Origin: Octopus bimaculoides
Taxonomy: Eukaryota
Direction: 5' to 3'
Assembly: GCF_001194135.2 (NCBI RefSeq)
Contig: NC_068995.1
Span: 54,913,460-54,977,459, forward strand
DNA: 64,000 bases
The notes below the pieces were generated by a model, which was given only the letters and a program-made list of their open reading frames with translations, ran no database searches and was not told the DNA's origin. Position numbers and translations under genes: made by a program. Shown here one piece after another: positions 12,826 to 25,774 of this stretch (position 1 is its first letter; the number at the start of each line of letters is the position of its first letter).

Positions 12826-12950
12826 GCGTAGTCTAGAAACATAAAGGACGTTCTCACTTTCCCGAACGTCAAACTATTAAACCTGTTTGTTGTTCATACA
12901 ACTGTCTTCGTCTTTTCTTTTTCTGTAAATTTCAACAATACCCCTGTATT
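12826..12950 (+). mobile_element. Penelope-like terminal repeat fragment
   Basis: ttgaagag-cgtagtcta-gaaac then aaaggacgttctcactttcccgaacgtcaaacta...ctgtcttcgtctttt. Degenerate hammerhead-like core; layout as 8730-8870. Confidence 0.4.
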
Positions 12951-14203
12951 TACGGAGTGCCCTGAAACTAACGGTGTTCTCCGTAATTCTTTTATAAGAC
13001 CCGTGAATAAATGCCAACAATAACCTTCTCAGACTCATTTGTAATGTACTTTTGTAACGTACTTTTGTAAAAGTACTTTTTGAAATTTTGTATATCTCTC
13101 CTTTGCAATGGTCAGCTAACAGAGACTTTTGGTTTGATGCTGCTTTATAGTGGCCAAAACACATGTCAACATTTATATCTCAGCAATGAGAATAGGTTTT
13201 CCTGGACAACCGCTGATTCCTCATATGAAATGTCTTTCAAATTCGAAATTGATTTCAATTACGATGAAGCATTTGTCGACATACTTCTGGAAGCAACATT
13301 TGATGCAATTGAATTGTATTCAATATTTACATAAATACTTATATAAATGCCTATATACATTTATAAACATATGTGGCTATGTGCGTGTCTCTCTCAGTGA
13401 GCGTTTGCTTCTATGGGTGTGTACTTTTATTTATTTGTTATTGATATGTACATGTCCGCTATTATGTATGTATGCATAAACTGTATATTTTATAAAGGAA
13501 CACATGAACACACAGACACCCACACACGTGTCGGGCGACGTTAATCTCTGACGTTCATAGTGTGGTTTGTGTTTGTGGGACTATATTTGTCACGTGTTTC
13601 GCTGATACCGCCCGGACAATACTGATAAATCAACTACAATCTAGGACTTTGTTCCATTGTAACGCCCATTTTCACCGACGTTGTCTTATAGCTAATGCAA
13701 TAGTACATGCATTGAAGCGTTGATTGACCCGATGTACACGAATGGTTTTTGACTATTTAGAAATCCATACATAGCTAAGAGGAAACTCTAATACAAATTA
13801 AAATGGTGATATAATAAGAATAAAACACATTGATTTTGTGCAGGTAAACGTAATATTTTACCGCAGGGTACTTAATTGTTATTTTAGCTTATGAAATCAA
13901 TAACTAAATCAAGTTTTGTAGAACTAAGAGACACATATAAACAGTATTGATCATAAGATTTGCTGTAAAATGAATAAATAAAAAAACTGACGTATCTATG
14001 AATGGTCCATTTGATTTCAAACATAATACTAAATATTCTAATGTATTATCTGCTTGCAACTATGCACGTTGCATTTTGGGAGTGAATTATGGGAATTATT
14101 AAAATATTGAGAATATGCTACATGGTAATGAACATTATGTTACTATCTATCTATCTAATTATCTATCTATCATTCCTTATCATTCTCTCTCTGTCTCTCT
14201 CCG

Positions 14204-14264
14204 AGTTGAACGAAAAATACGGACAGATCCTAATTCCGTGTGGCATAACAATGATTGGTGTTTT

Positions 14265-14340
<76 letters not shown>

Positions 14341-14501
14341 ACACACATACACACACACATACACACACACATACACACACACACACATACATACATATAT
14401 ATATATATTCATACACACATGTGTGTGTGTGTGTGAGAGGAAAACACCAATCATTGTTATGCCACACGGAGTTAGGATCTGTTTGTATTTTTCGTTCAAC
14501 T
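14204..14501. repeat. 65-bp inverted repeat (14204-14268 / 14437-14501) enclosing a CA/TA/TG microsatellite
   Basis: Left arm agttgaacgaaaaatacggacagatcctaattccgtgtggcataacaatgattggtgttttcctc. The right arm reverse complement differs at 3 positions. Confidence 0.95.
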
Positions 14502-14665
14502 AGGAGTTCATACATCATCACCATTACTTCTTTCGTATTTCAGAGTCATCTTCTTCACAAACAATCTGTATTTTCTTCCTGACAAATTCCTCCATTTTCA
14601 ATTCTTTTTACATGTTTCCCATGCGAAGGCTTCACTGAATTTTGTTATGCCATGACATTCTGCAC
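14437..14665 (-). mobile_element. Possible RTE-like LINE 3' remnant
   Basis: Frameshifted minus readings SWHNKIQ*SLR...EEDDSEIRK / EVMVMMYELLVERKI...W loosely follow the RTE ORF C-terminus. Confidence 0.3.
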
Positions 14666-14915
14666 CTCAAATTAAGTTTACATTGATAAGTTTTCTACCG
14701 CTCATTCTACTAAGCTCTTTCTCTATCTACCATACATTTCAACTTGGCCGTTATATTTGTACAGGGGTGGGTGCTCGTGTGTGTCCCTTTCTACGCACAT
14801 AGACAATATGCATTGATTTTTTCATAAATGTATAAAATATTGAGAGTTACTTATCTAATGATTACCTAAAATGAGAACATATACATACGTATATGTATAT
14901 ATACATACATATATA

Positions 14916-15012
14916 TAGCCCGTGGCTATAATAAAAGACACCTGCCCAATTTGCCACGCAGTAGGACTGAACCGGAACCTATGTGGCTCGGAAGTAAGAT
15001 TCATACCACACA
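14916..15012 (-). mobile_element. SINE family B 5' half
   Basis: gacacctgcccaatttgccacgcagtaggactgaaccggaacctatgtggctcggaagtaag...taccacaca is the reverse complement of the 2377-type head. Confidence 0.75.
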
Positions 15013-16141
15013 CCAACGCCTGTTTAATGTATTTATGTAAACCACAATAGACTGCAGTATATCTGCTCATTTCATAACGACATTTTACAATTGTAACAAC
15101 GTATATAGCCACATAAGTTAATCCACAATATTTGCTGTACGATTGCTCTTCAGCCATGCCATTATACATGCGTGTGTGTATGTGCATGTATGAGTGTATA
15201 TGTTTGTATGTATGTGTCTTTGCTTGTAGTACATGTAGATTTGTTCCTTAAAATGCCGATAGAATATTTTCAGATCAAGATTTCCATTGCTTTTTTTTTC
15301 CTGTCTATTCTTTTAATTTCCATAATTTATTCTAATTATGTTATGTGGTCGGCAAGAGGGAACAACTACAGGTTTTATTAATTACCTTTGATGTTATGAA
15401 AACTATGGATTCCTGCTATTAATTTAATGAGAAATGTTGTTGTTTGGTTCGGGTATGGAAATGGAGTATTAGCTGTTTTAATATTGACCGGAAGAATATT
15501 TAAAATAAATTGATTTATTCCCAGAGTAAACAGAGCATAACATCATTGCGATGGGTCTTTCTTTTCTGTTCTTCTCCCTCAGATCATATTACAAGTTTTC
15601 CTTGCATGAACATAATAATCACATCCTATCGTCATCGACTCGCGTTTTAGAATTTCAAAATAGTTTAAACCTAAACATTAATGAACGAGTTCCGTTGTAT
15701 CACAATAAATTATCAGTTTGCTGTGCGTTGTTATAGAAACATCACAAATTGGAATAAAATACCGTTCCTTCCAATAAAATACCGTTCCTTGAAATAAAAA
15801 ATTAAATGTTTTCTATTGCCTAAAAATCTTGTGTTATTATTTACCAATTGTGATTATCTCCATAATATAGTCATACAACAAATGGTTAATATTAGTTTTT
15901 GAGTCATGATTTCATTATGGCGATTGTTAAATGATATATAACTTTGTTGCGTATCTCAATGATGCAGTCTACAAAAGAGTTTGTGAACAAAAATGGATGA
16001 TAACGGCCATCTAAAATATTCGTGGATTAGATATTACTAAGAGATCTGTTAGATGTAGTTCTGATATAGAAGAACTAGTGTTATTTTAGCGGATGTTGTA
16101 TGTTTGTTATAGAAAACATTGCATATACCCGTAACTTCAAT

Positions 16142-16186
<45 letters not shown>

Positions 16187-16290
16187 TTATATATATGTAT
16201 TTATATAAATTTTTTATACCAAAAATTAGGCAAACTTTGTCGACAAACTTTGCAAAATACTCACAATTGAGTTTTTGTATATACATCGAC

Positions 16291-16349
16291 TTTAAAGAGA
16301 GCTCAAAACTGATGCATTGAAAATGGATCAGTTTTGAGCTCTCTTTAAA
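16291..16349. other. Perfect 23-bp hairpin (palindromic element; pre-miRNA-sized)
   Basis: tttaaagagagctcaaaactgat - gcattgaaaatgg - atcagttttgagctctctttaaa. The arms are exact reverse complements. Confidence 0.95.
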
Positions 16350-16530
16350 ATATCCGGAAGATAACTATTTTCTCTATGTAGAGGATATATATGCATGCAA
16401 GATTTGCCTCTTGGACAAAAATGTAGTTTTTCAATAGCGGTGATATTCACATCACGCAGAAGCCCTAGCCATCGTCCTCGGCACGAGAAATTAAAGATGG
16501 ATAGGATATACCTATTGAAGTATATACATA

Positions 16531-16576
<46 letters not shown>

Positions 16577-17617
16577 TGTGCGTGTGTGTGTTTTTGTGTG
16601 TGTTTCTTGCCATTTTAAATACTCATTCTGTTCTGGCATATCATATTGAACGTAGGACATTATAGCTCTCGTGAAGTGTATGTTATTTACAACTTCTGTC
16701 CCAGAGAAATTAGTTGAGAATACTACTCTCGAAAAACTTAAATTTAATTGAAACGAGCTTCTAGCCATTCAGCAATTAACATTAACTTGAGACAAACATA
16801 TATGTTCTAAATATTTTTTGTTTTCCATTATAGTACTTGAGTAGAGCATAAAGTCAAGATACTGAATGTGGTATACAAAATTTAATTTTAATTAATACAA
16901 ATGAAATTTTTTCTTACATCAACTGAATTTAGCTGTTCCTGGTCAATAAAATATTGTTCAGAGCGGTTACGTGTCACTGTTAAAATCTAAGGTGTGACAG
17001 TTTCATACCGTGGATATCTCCTATGATATAAGGATGTGGTTTAGAAAGAAAGTGGTTACTAGTGATACATCAGTCGTGATGAGAAAATTTCAGTAACATT
17101 TCAGGAAAGAAATTTCTCAAAGTAAGAACACAGTGACCTCGGTAAATTGGCTAATCTGAATCAATGAGATTAGTCGTGTGTAGAAATATAAATTTCGACA
17201 AAATGCTTCGGTAGCTGTACATATAATTTGATAAAACCGATAGAAAATGTGCACTAATATATTTCAAGGGAATTAAACGCTTCTAATTATCGATGTCGAA
17301 GATTATGATAGAATAGTAGATATTATTACACCTATGAACAGTAAGACACGCGTATATACATATGTACACATATAGAAACAGGCATCCATATCAAGCTTGT
17401 CTGCATTCAAGCATACATGATCACAGAGTTCGGAGTGGAAGAAAGCTTATAACTAATGACGCTATATATTCCAAGAATTTTATCAACATGTAATAACATC
17501 GTGGACGCTACAGCGAGGTATTTCTAATGCGATTAATTTACAATTGCACAAATCTGCTTCCCGAAAATAATTACACCACTATTGCTTGTGCATTTAGTTA
17601 TTCCCTATCACAAATAC

Positions 17618-17735
17618 AGCGGACTAGCAGAATCTTTACTGCGCCGAGAAAGTTGCGTTTTGAGTTCAAATACTGACAAGGTCCAATTTGCGTTTCCATC
17701 TTTTCGGGGGTCGACACAAATATTATCAGTTGTTC
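17618..17735 (+). mobile_element. SINE family A, old degenerate copy
   Basis: gcggactagcagaatctttactgcgccg...ttttgagttcaaatactgacaaggtccaatttgcgtttccatcttttcggggggtcgac resembles the 7452-7655 copy. Confidence 0.6.
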
Positions 17736-20313
17736 CTTAGCGTTCATAATCGGATAGTAGGATAACCAGGATTATTGTTTATGTCTCTAAAATTTATTTT
17801 CTACGAAATGTCAAAACCTGTTTGGTATTATGAATAAAGAGTGCATCAACTAATTCAATTATGACAGTCTAACGCATGCCCCTTTCCCTCTGGCTTTATT
17901 TGCATTCAACATCTGCATGGCTCACCGAAATTTCTACATATATTGCCAATCTTTGTAGTTGAAAGAACTCCTATTAACCTTTCGCAATTGTGCAGAAGTG
18001 ATTTCATCGCATGTCCAAGCTTTAATGATTCAGCCAGGGTCGACAGCCAGTGTTACGTAACGGTGTTGTTACTATTTCTATCTCAATTTTCTTTCATATT
18101 TTGTCTCTCATAAGAAAGAAGTAAACATGAAATAAGAAATAAGTAAACAAATAAGAGTTTATTTGCATTTGATAATAGAAATATTGAAAAAAACCTATAT
18201 TTTTCTGTGAAACAAAAGAAAATATTGAATACACATGTGTGGAAATTTATTGATGTATTGAAGTATACAAGTGTGATTGTTACTTAGAACAGTGTTTACG
18301 CTCATTTAAAGGCATGCTCATTACCTTGATAAATGCACCTGTTTAAATTTTAGAAAATCTCACATTGTTTACATGCGATGATAAATTTAAGTACAAATTT
18401 CTGTATTATTTGTTTTGCTCAAATGAGTAGATCGCGGGTTAAAATATTTGTAATTATTTCTACGAACTTGATGTAGTGCAAGTGAAGGAATAAGGGAACA
18501 GACTTGAATAGTGTGAGGGCTTTCAGCGTGTATTCTTTATCGTTCTCGTCTTTCAATTCGCCCTCTTTAATAATATAATTATTTAGATTCAATACAGATG
18601 TCGTGTTGCCAACTATGCGGATAGATCACCACAGAATGACATTTATCTAAAACACCTGTTGGGTAAAATTAATATCAATGGAATTTTAATCAGCTCATAA
18701 ACGGAAGCATTTTGTCCAAGACTTAACCAAACAATAATTAATTTGCTAATTATACATTTATTACATTATACATAGAGCTTAATTTGTTGTTCAGGAAGGA
18801 GTAGATTAAAGAAATATCTATAATTGACAAGTGGTTATTTAAACATTTTAAGGATGATAAAGAGATATTGTTGCCATTTGAACTTAGAAAGTGAGATTAT
18901 GTCACGAAGTTCGAAAAGAATTTTGCCCAACGCTCTGCATATTTTAGAATATTAATTGCTCTGTAACATTATCGCAATGGCGGAAATATTGAGAAGAGTC
19001 TATTCAGTTAATCGATTTTTGTATTTGACTGGCATTTATTTTATCAAACCTTATAATCGTTCGAACGCAGAACGTACAGATGTACAACTAAAAACCACCG
19101 ACACGGTTTGCACGTGCGCGCCAGTCTATTGATTTTGCCTGTCCAATGCATATGTTGACTGATTAAATATTAACTATTTGGGAATCTTTCTGTGACTAGC
19201 GTAAATACTTTACATGAAAGTAATCATGTATTTCGCACAAGAATAACACATATTTCGTGTTCACTTCTCCTGCCTAATACACAGCTAGTGTTATTTTAAA
19301 TACCATACGTCCCTAATGCCCCCTGGAATGACATGGATGTCACGCAGTGTTATTTCTTATTAGCAGAAAATCGATATCAATCAAAATCACGTCCTTAGTG
19401 AATTTGTTGCCGTCAAGAAAATACTAATCACTTGAAAGTGTTAATGGCGTTATCAATAATGGATTTTTAATTAGAAATGATTTGATTGCCAAATAACAGT
19501 TTATAGCTCTTTGCATTCGAAATCGGCTTTCTGAGCTCTTATACCTGAGGCAAAGGTTGGCTTCAGTAATTCTGATGTTTTACAATACAGTCTGTGCAGA
19601 ATGATGTGCATACAAAGTATGCTATGATCTTTATGAGCCATTTAATGTATATTAAGTTTGTATTAGATATTTAGTACAAGAGACGCGTTGCATTTATATG
19701 GGCGATTCACAGGGAAGTAGGGACACAGCTTTTATTTTCTGATTGTGTAAAATGATATTTAAATAAATTTATTTTTAATACCGGTAACTCAACAGATCAA
19801 AGAAATTTCATCAGCAACTTCAAAAGCAGTGTGTTGTTTCAGCCAACTAATAATGTGAAAGTTAGTTTAGATCCTTGAAGTTGAAGTTCATGGCTAACCA
19901 CCACCATTTGAATTTAGAAATAATGCAAGTTAATTTCAGTGGTTTATTTCAAGAACTTTTGAATATTTTCTGTCATTCATCACCACATGCGGTTTATGAA
20001 ATATGCAAGTTAGGGCATTTAAAGCAACGATTTTACCTATTTTGACATGACCAGCTATCTGTGGTAGGCAGCACAATTTTATACAGCTCCCGTAAACCAT
20101 ACCACCCAATTATATTCTTCATTTCATGTAATGCAACGTTACAATTTGAGTAAGATAGAGTGCATCCGGCCCCAATATATAATAGCAACATCACCTAGCA
20201 TAGAAGAGTAATGAAACTCGAAATTCTTTAATCATAAAATAAATACCTACATATATATTCTTTTTTTTCTTTATTGCAGTGGATAAGGAGTAATTTACGT
20301 ATATATACATATA

Positions 20314-20364
<51 letters not shown>

Positions 20365-22289
20365 GTATGTACGTATTTATTAGTTTAGGCATGACGTCAT
20401 ACCTTATTTGGTTGGCGTTTATATGATTGACCATGTAACTTTCAGTCATTTGAAGAAACATTGCTTCTTATATTCTCTTCTGGGGCAAACAGCATGCATT
20501 TCATATTTGAACTTAGTGAACGTTACACTGCGTCTTTGTCACATATATTATTTTATAATAATAGATTTTACAAGGTTCATAATAGGTTTTGAAAATTACA
20601 TGCTGCGATATTAAAATTATTTCACACAAATGTATAGCGAAAAGTATTCTATAAAACTTCTAGTATTATATCATCATACGGAGAAGAGGAGGGGAAACAC
20701 CAACAAGAAAACTAAGATTTTGCTATAAACAGATTCCTTTGTTTCCATCAAATAACATTAATATACACTCAGAAGATAATTATATCACAGTAATTTATTC
20801 ATTTCGATTACTTTTAAATAATATTTGTATTGCATATTTCTTATCAAACTAATATTCCTCAGTACATACACAAATACATATACTACACACGTACATGTTT
20901 TTCTTTCCTTAAATATGCATGTATATGTAAACACACATATNNNNNNNNNNATATATATCATAACGTCATGAATCCAGATAGACGTACTATTTTATGTAAA
21001 TATGTATAAGCACACACATATATATGTGGCATACCTACACAATTGTGGAGATAACGAATATATCGGAATTTTCTTTCTTCCTCTTTCTGTCTCACTCTTC
21101 GTCTTATTCTCTTTTTCTCTCTCCTTTTTCTACCTCCTCTATTTCCCTTCAACTAATCACGTGAAAGCGTTACCGACGGGCTAGGTAACGTAACGACAAG
21201 CATTATTATTATAAGATAAATTCTTTTTCGTATATTGTCACTTCTTTGTAATCTATACAAGTTCTGCACATGCTGGTGTTTCGGTTAATTAGTAGATTAA
21301 TTGAAAATTGCTGTTCGAGAATTCAATAAAAAGAAAGTAACGTGTCTGAAAAGTTATGTGTAACTTATGAAAATATACTATTTGTGTGTATATATTTACT
21401 AGTTCTGATAATATTTTGCACACCAATGTTCACATGCAAATCAAGGGATATATCATGTAGCAAAGTGTTGGCAACATTTTACCGAGGTCACTTTCACGAA
21501 TGATGAATTATTCAGTTATAATGTGAGAAATGCCAACTATAATGTTTTCCTTCACAGAACATACTGCAACTTCTAAAGTCTAGCACACAAATTACCTGCA
21601 GTTCATTACCTCGATTCTTTTATACAAGGTATGTTAAACCTCATTATATACAACGCTTTCTAAAATTCGTTCGAAAAGAACGCTCTGAGCTCTATTAGCT
21701 CAACGATTTCAATGTGCAAATTAATATCATGAAATCAATGAACTGTATACTAAAAGTGAAATGTTATTACATACTAAATATTTTGTTGAAAGAATGTAAA
21801 ATGTTCGCAAACATATAATTTAAAGGGTCACTGAAATTTTCATTATGTTAAACACAATATTTTATAAGCATTTCCAGTGACTGTGCTGATGATGGAAATG
21901 TCACCCACAAATGTTTCTCTTTTGAGTGTATAATGAAATAAGATGTAAAAGACATGAAGGAAATTGAATTTTCAGAATCATGAATATTAATTCAAAAGAG
22001 TGCTACACATTTAGCAAAGAACTACCTGCGGTGCACTAATCAGATATATCTATAATTAATAAACACAATTGCATTGCAGAGACGAAATTTGTAATAGAAA
22101 TAACAGATTCAACAGCGGCCGTGAAATGTACACAGTGACATTGATTGATTGTCCTCAATTTTGCATAAAAGTTATTCCGATCTACTTAACTGTATTGACT
22201 GCAGTTCTTTCGCTTACTTCTAATTCACAATCGTGTGAAAGTTTAGTTTCTTTACATGGAAACTAGAATAATATTCTTGGGAACAAACT

Positions 22290-23060
22290 TTGAATGGTTC
22301 CATTGGTGGAAGCGTGTTCACCATGTATCAGGTCTTTCGAATTCCCTATTTCCAATACGTGGTGTACATGGATAATCAAACGGAGCAACATAGGCAACCG
22401 TACGGCAAAGAATGTGGAGTTTGCACTCGAACCAAAACCACGATCCTTGTGACTCGAAAGTTCAGTGGAAGGTATTGAATTTCCCTTCTTCTCTGAAGCA
22501 GGCGTCCTATGTGTCCCTCGTATAGATTAATATACTGAGAACACAAGCTCGTTTGACTGCAGAATGGTGTCCAGTTTTAGGTCACTGTTTTCTTTGTTCT
22601 TGAGTTTTGAAGTACTTTTTTTTTATTACGTCTCTTCATGTCAGTTTCTAGGGACAGCTTATCGGTTTTGGAGAAGCGGAGGTATGACGCTAGGGGCTGT
22701 CACTAAATCGTGGTCAGCCAAACTTTTGTTTTTTATCAGACAGATGGGGCAATAGACATTTGGTCAGCTACTTTTAAGGCTGTACATGAGGGGTGGTAGA
22801 TGTTCCTCCGAATGTGTAAAAGACAAACGGCACACAATTTTCCCAAGATCATGTGTCTGGCATTGCTATACAGGTCCGTTGATTCATTCGAGGGTTTGAG
22901 TCATCCAGCTTCAGGTTTCATCATCGCTAGTCTCAGTTTCTGGAGTAAACACCTGCAAGTACACTGACGTGTTATCAACTGAAAGGAAAAGCGCACAGAG
23001 AGAGGAAAAAAGGCAGACATCATAGCGACGATCTTGGCTGACTTTTGTCGTGTAACCCCT
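22290..23060 (-). mobile_element. RTE-clade LINE reverse transcriptase / C-terminal remnant (many stops and frameshifts)
   Basis: Minus-strand pieces occur in the expected order: THSEEHL; TDKLSLETDMKRR; RACVLSILIY..T*...E.KFNTFH; RVT..VL.R...P; LRLIIHVHH...NSKDLIHGE. These correspond to RTE AHSEEELQ, DNLSLDTEINKRI, ACVLSTLLYGSETW...LNTFH and LRWLGHV.RM...IPKDLLYGEL. Confidence 0.75.
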
Positions 23061-23065
23061 TGTTG

Positions 23066-23295
23066 CTAGCGAAATGGCATGAGCCGGATGTCTGAGCAAC
23101 TGGTTGTTTTAATGGCGGAACCAACAGGACCTTAAAGATTACAAAAGTAGCGATTCTCACTTTGAAACAAACATTTAGATTACGGAACGCCCCGCTCTCC
23201 CATGTATCCAGGTTTAAAATTTCAGCGCGATCGGATGAACAATACTCGAGTTATAAGCGCACAAACAGACAGACAGCGCACAATTTTATATAAGA
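23066..23295 (-). mobile_element. Short non-autonomous Helitron-like element (5' end clear, 3' end tentative)
   Basis: Minus strand begins A|TCTTATATAAAATTGTGCGCTGTCTGTCTGTTTG...CCGATCGCGCTGAAATTT, with the TC 5' terminus and (CTGT)n run typical of small Helitrons. There is a CTAG at 23066-23069, but the next base is not the expected T. Confidence 0.5.
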
Positions 23296-23366
23296 TATAT
23301 ATATATGTATATATATGAACATATATATGCATACATATACATACATATAAATATATAGATATATAA

Positions 23367-23401
<35 letters not shown>

Positions 23402-24599
23402 NNNNNNNNNNNNNNNNNNNNNNNNNNNNNNNNNNNNNNNNNNNNNNNNNNNNNNNNNNNNNNNNNNNNNNNNNNNNNNNNNNNNNNNNNNNNNNNNNNN
23501 NNNNNNNNNNNNNNNNNNNNNNNNNNNNNNNNNNNNNNNNNNNNNNNNNNNNNNNNNNNNNNNNNNNNNNNNNNNNNNNNNNNNNNNNNNNNNNNNNNNN
23601 NNNNNNNNNNNNNNNNNNNNNNNNNNNNNNNNNNNNNNNNNNNNNNNNNNNNNNNTATATATACGCATGTACACACACACACGCGCGTTTAGTTATCCTT
23701 TTCAGGTTTTATTTGATTTCAATCATTATTTCCAATATGATATTTAAAAATTAAATTATTGCATACCATTGAACATTTTGAAACCATTTGCGAAGAATAT
23801 TCACGTTGTATCTCATCTAATCTAATATCTTTATATATATATATAATATGTGTGTGTGTGAGTGCGTAGATATACACACACGCTCACAAAACACACAAAC
23901 ACATTCATACACATATACATATGCGTTGATATGCATGTTTCTAGAGAATACGCGTAAATGTTTTATTAAACTTTCAAATACATAAGGCGATATTATATTC
24001 AAATATTCAAAATTCCTTTGAAATCTATTTTCTATAGCATACTGCATTGTTTCATAGAAAGTATATAACGCGATAAGTATTTGAATGGCTTCGGTTATAA
24101 ATGAATGTGATTCAACCGTACATATTATTGCTAAGCTTATAATATATGATATTACTTCATTGATTTGAAAGGAAATTTCAAGTGTGGGAGTTCAGATCCC
24201 GATACGAATATTTGTATAGCAATGAGATTCATTAAACAAGCTTATGGAAAGCCATTTTGTGAGTGGTTGATTATACTGCGTTATAATGCGTGTCGTTCAT
24301 TTTACACTGATTCCTTTGTACGACTGCATTTACGGTAAACTATGAGAATCAAGTCACCAGAAAATTGGTAGTGAAACGTACTATGAAGTAGCATTTTATA
24401 CTTTACACATTGTTAGTGCTTTCAGTCAGTGATTTTTAATAGAGTTTGTCCATCTATACAAAGTTATTCAAAACAACGATCATAGAATGTTGATGGGAAT
24501 TGTTCACGCCAACTCTGTGTTTATATGACGAATATAAAATTGTCACGTTGGTAATGTGTGCTAGTGTGTAAATGTATGCCTGTATGTACACAAACACTG

Positions 24600-24642
24600 C
24601 GACCGCAAATTCCGCTGCCCTAACCACTGAGCCACTGCATCA
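24600..24642 (-). mobile_element. tRNA-like SINE head fragment
   Basis: Minus gcagtggctcagtggttagggcagcggaatttgcggtcgc carries an A-box-like TGGCTCAGTGG and is truncated. Confidence 0.5.
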
Positions 24643-24713
24643 TACACACACGCGCACACAAAAAAATATACGCACTGAGTATCATAAGTAACTTTTAGCC
24701 AATTAGACTGAGT

Positions 24714-24714
<1 letters not shown>

Positions 24715-24774
<60 letters not shown>

Positions 24775-24786
24775 GTAGATAGATAG
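24715..24786. repeat. (GATA)n microsatellite
   Basis: Direct reading. Confidence 0.95.
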
Positions 24787-25720
24787 AATCGCAACAAAAT
24801 ATCCCCCTACAAATACTGTAACTGAATATTTAATTGATCCAAATACTAAACTAATACCATTAGATATTTTTATGTAATATTAATTTATTGTAATTTGACT
24901 GGACTGGTGATTCACAGAACGGTTTTAAATTCAATATGAATTTTGTAAAAATGCACTAATAAGATATGAAAAACTATATGCCAATTATATTTCTATTTCA
25001 ATGATTTAAGACCAACGGTAGTTGCATTATAATGAATGATTATGGTTCAAAATGATGTAGAAGTATAATTTTGACAATAAAACAAGATGTTGGTAAGAGT
25101 GGAATGCTTTTATAATTGAATATGAATTATATATATAAAGCTAAAATGTCTCCATCTGAGATACAAATGTGCAACATATATATGTGAGTATGTGTGCGCC
25201 TGAACAGATATGCACACGCGTGCGAGCGTACATGTGACTGAGCATGTATATATATATATATGTTCTGAATTTTTTTCAATTTGTCGCCACCTATTTGGTA
25301 GCCATGTTGTTATGGAAATCATCTTGGCACATTCGTCACCCGGTAAATTTCAAGAATGACTTCGAGATTTCATAGACGCGAAAATCGTGTTCACTTTCAG
25401 CGTATAAATAGATCATAGGCGTTGATCAGTTGAGTACATTTGCTGATCAGTTGAGTAAATCTGTCAGTAATATAACTATAATGAGTACACGAAACAGCTG
25501 TAATCCAAATTTGATCCATGAAAGTATAAATATATATCACACTATGTAGAAACCTGTGTCTCTATTTAGAATTTTGATAACCCATAACCTTGGACACTGC
25601 CATAAGAATATCTGGAGTTCTTCAGTAATCTAAATAATATCGTGAGCGTGGTGTGCCAGCAGGAAGCTTATGATATATTTTGCCCAGATTGATAATCCTT
25701 CGCTATTAGCTATATATAAA

Positions 25721-25774
<54 letters not shown>

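Noticed and set aside
15753-15791. 20-bp tandem duplication aataaaataccgttcctt; a similar 21-bp duplication lies at 25423-25460
   Set aside because: Two-unit slippage duplications with no spacers or further structure.
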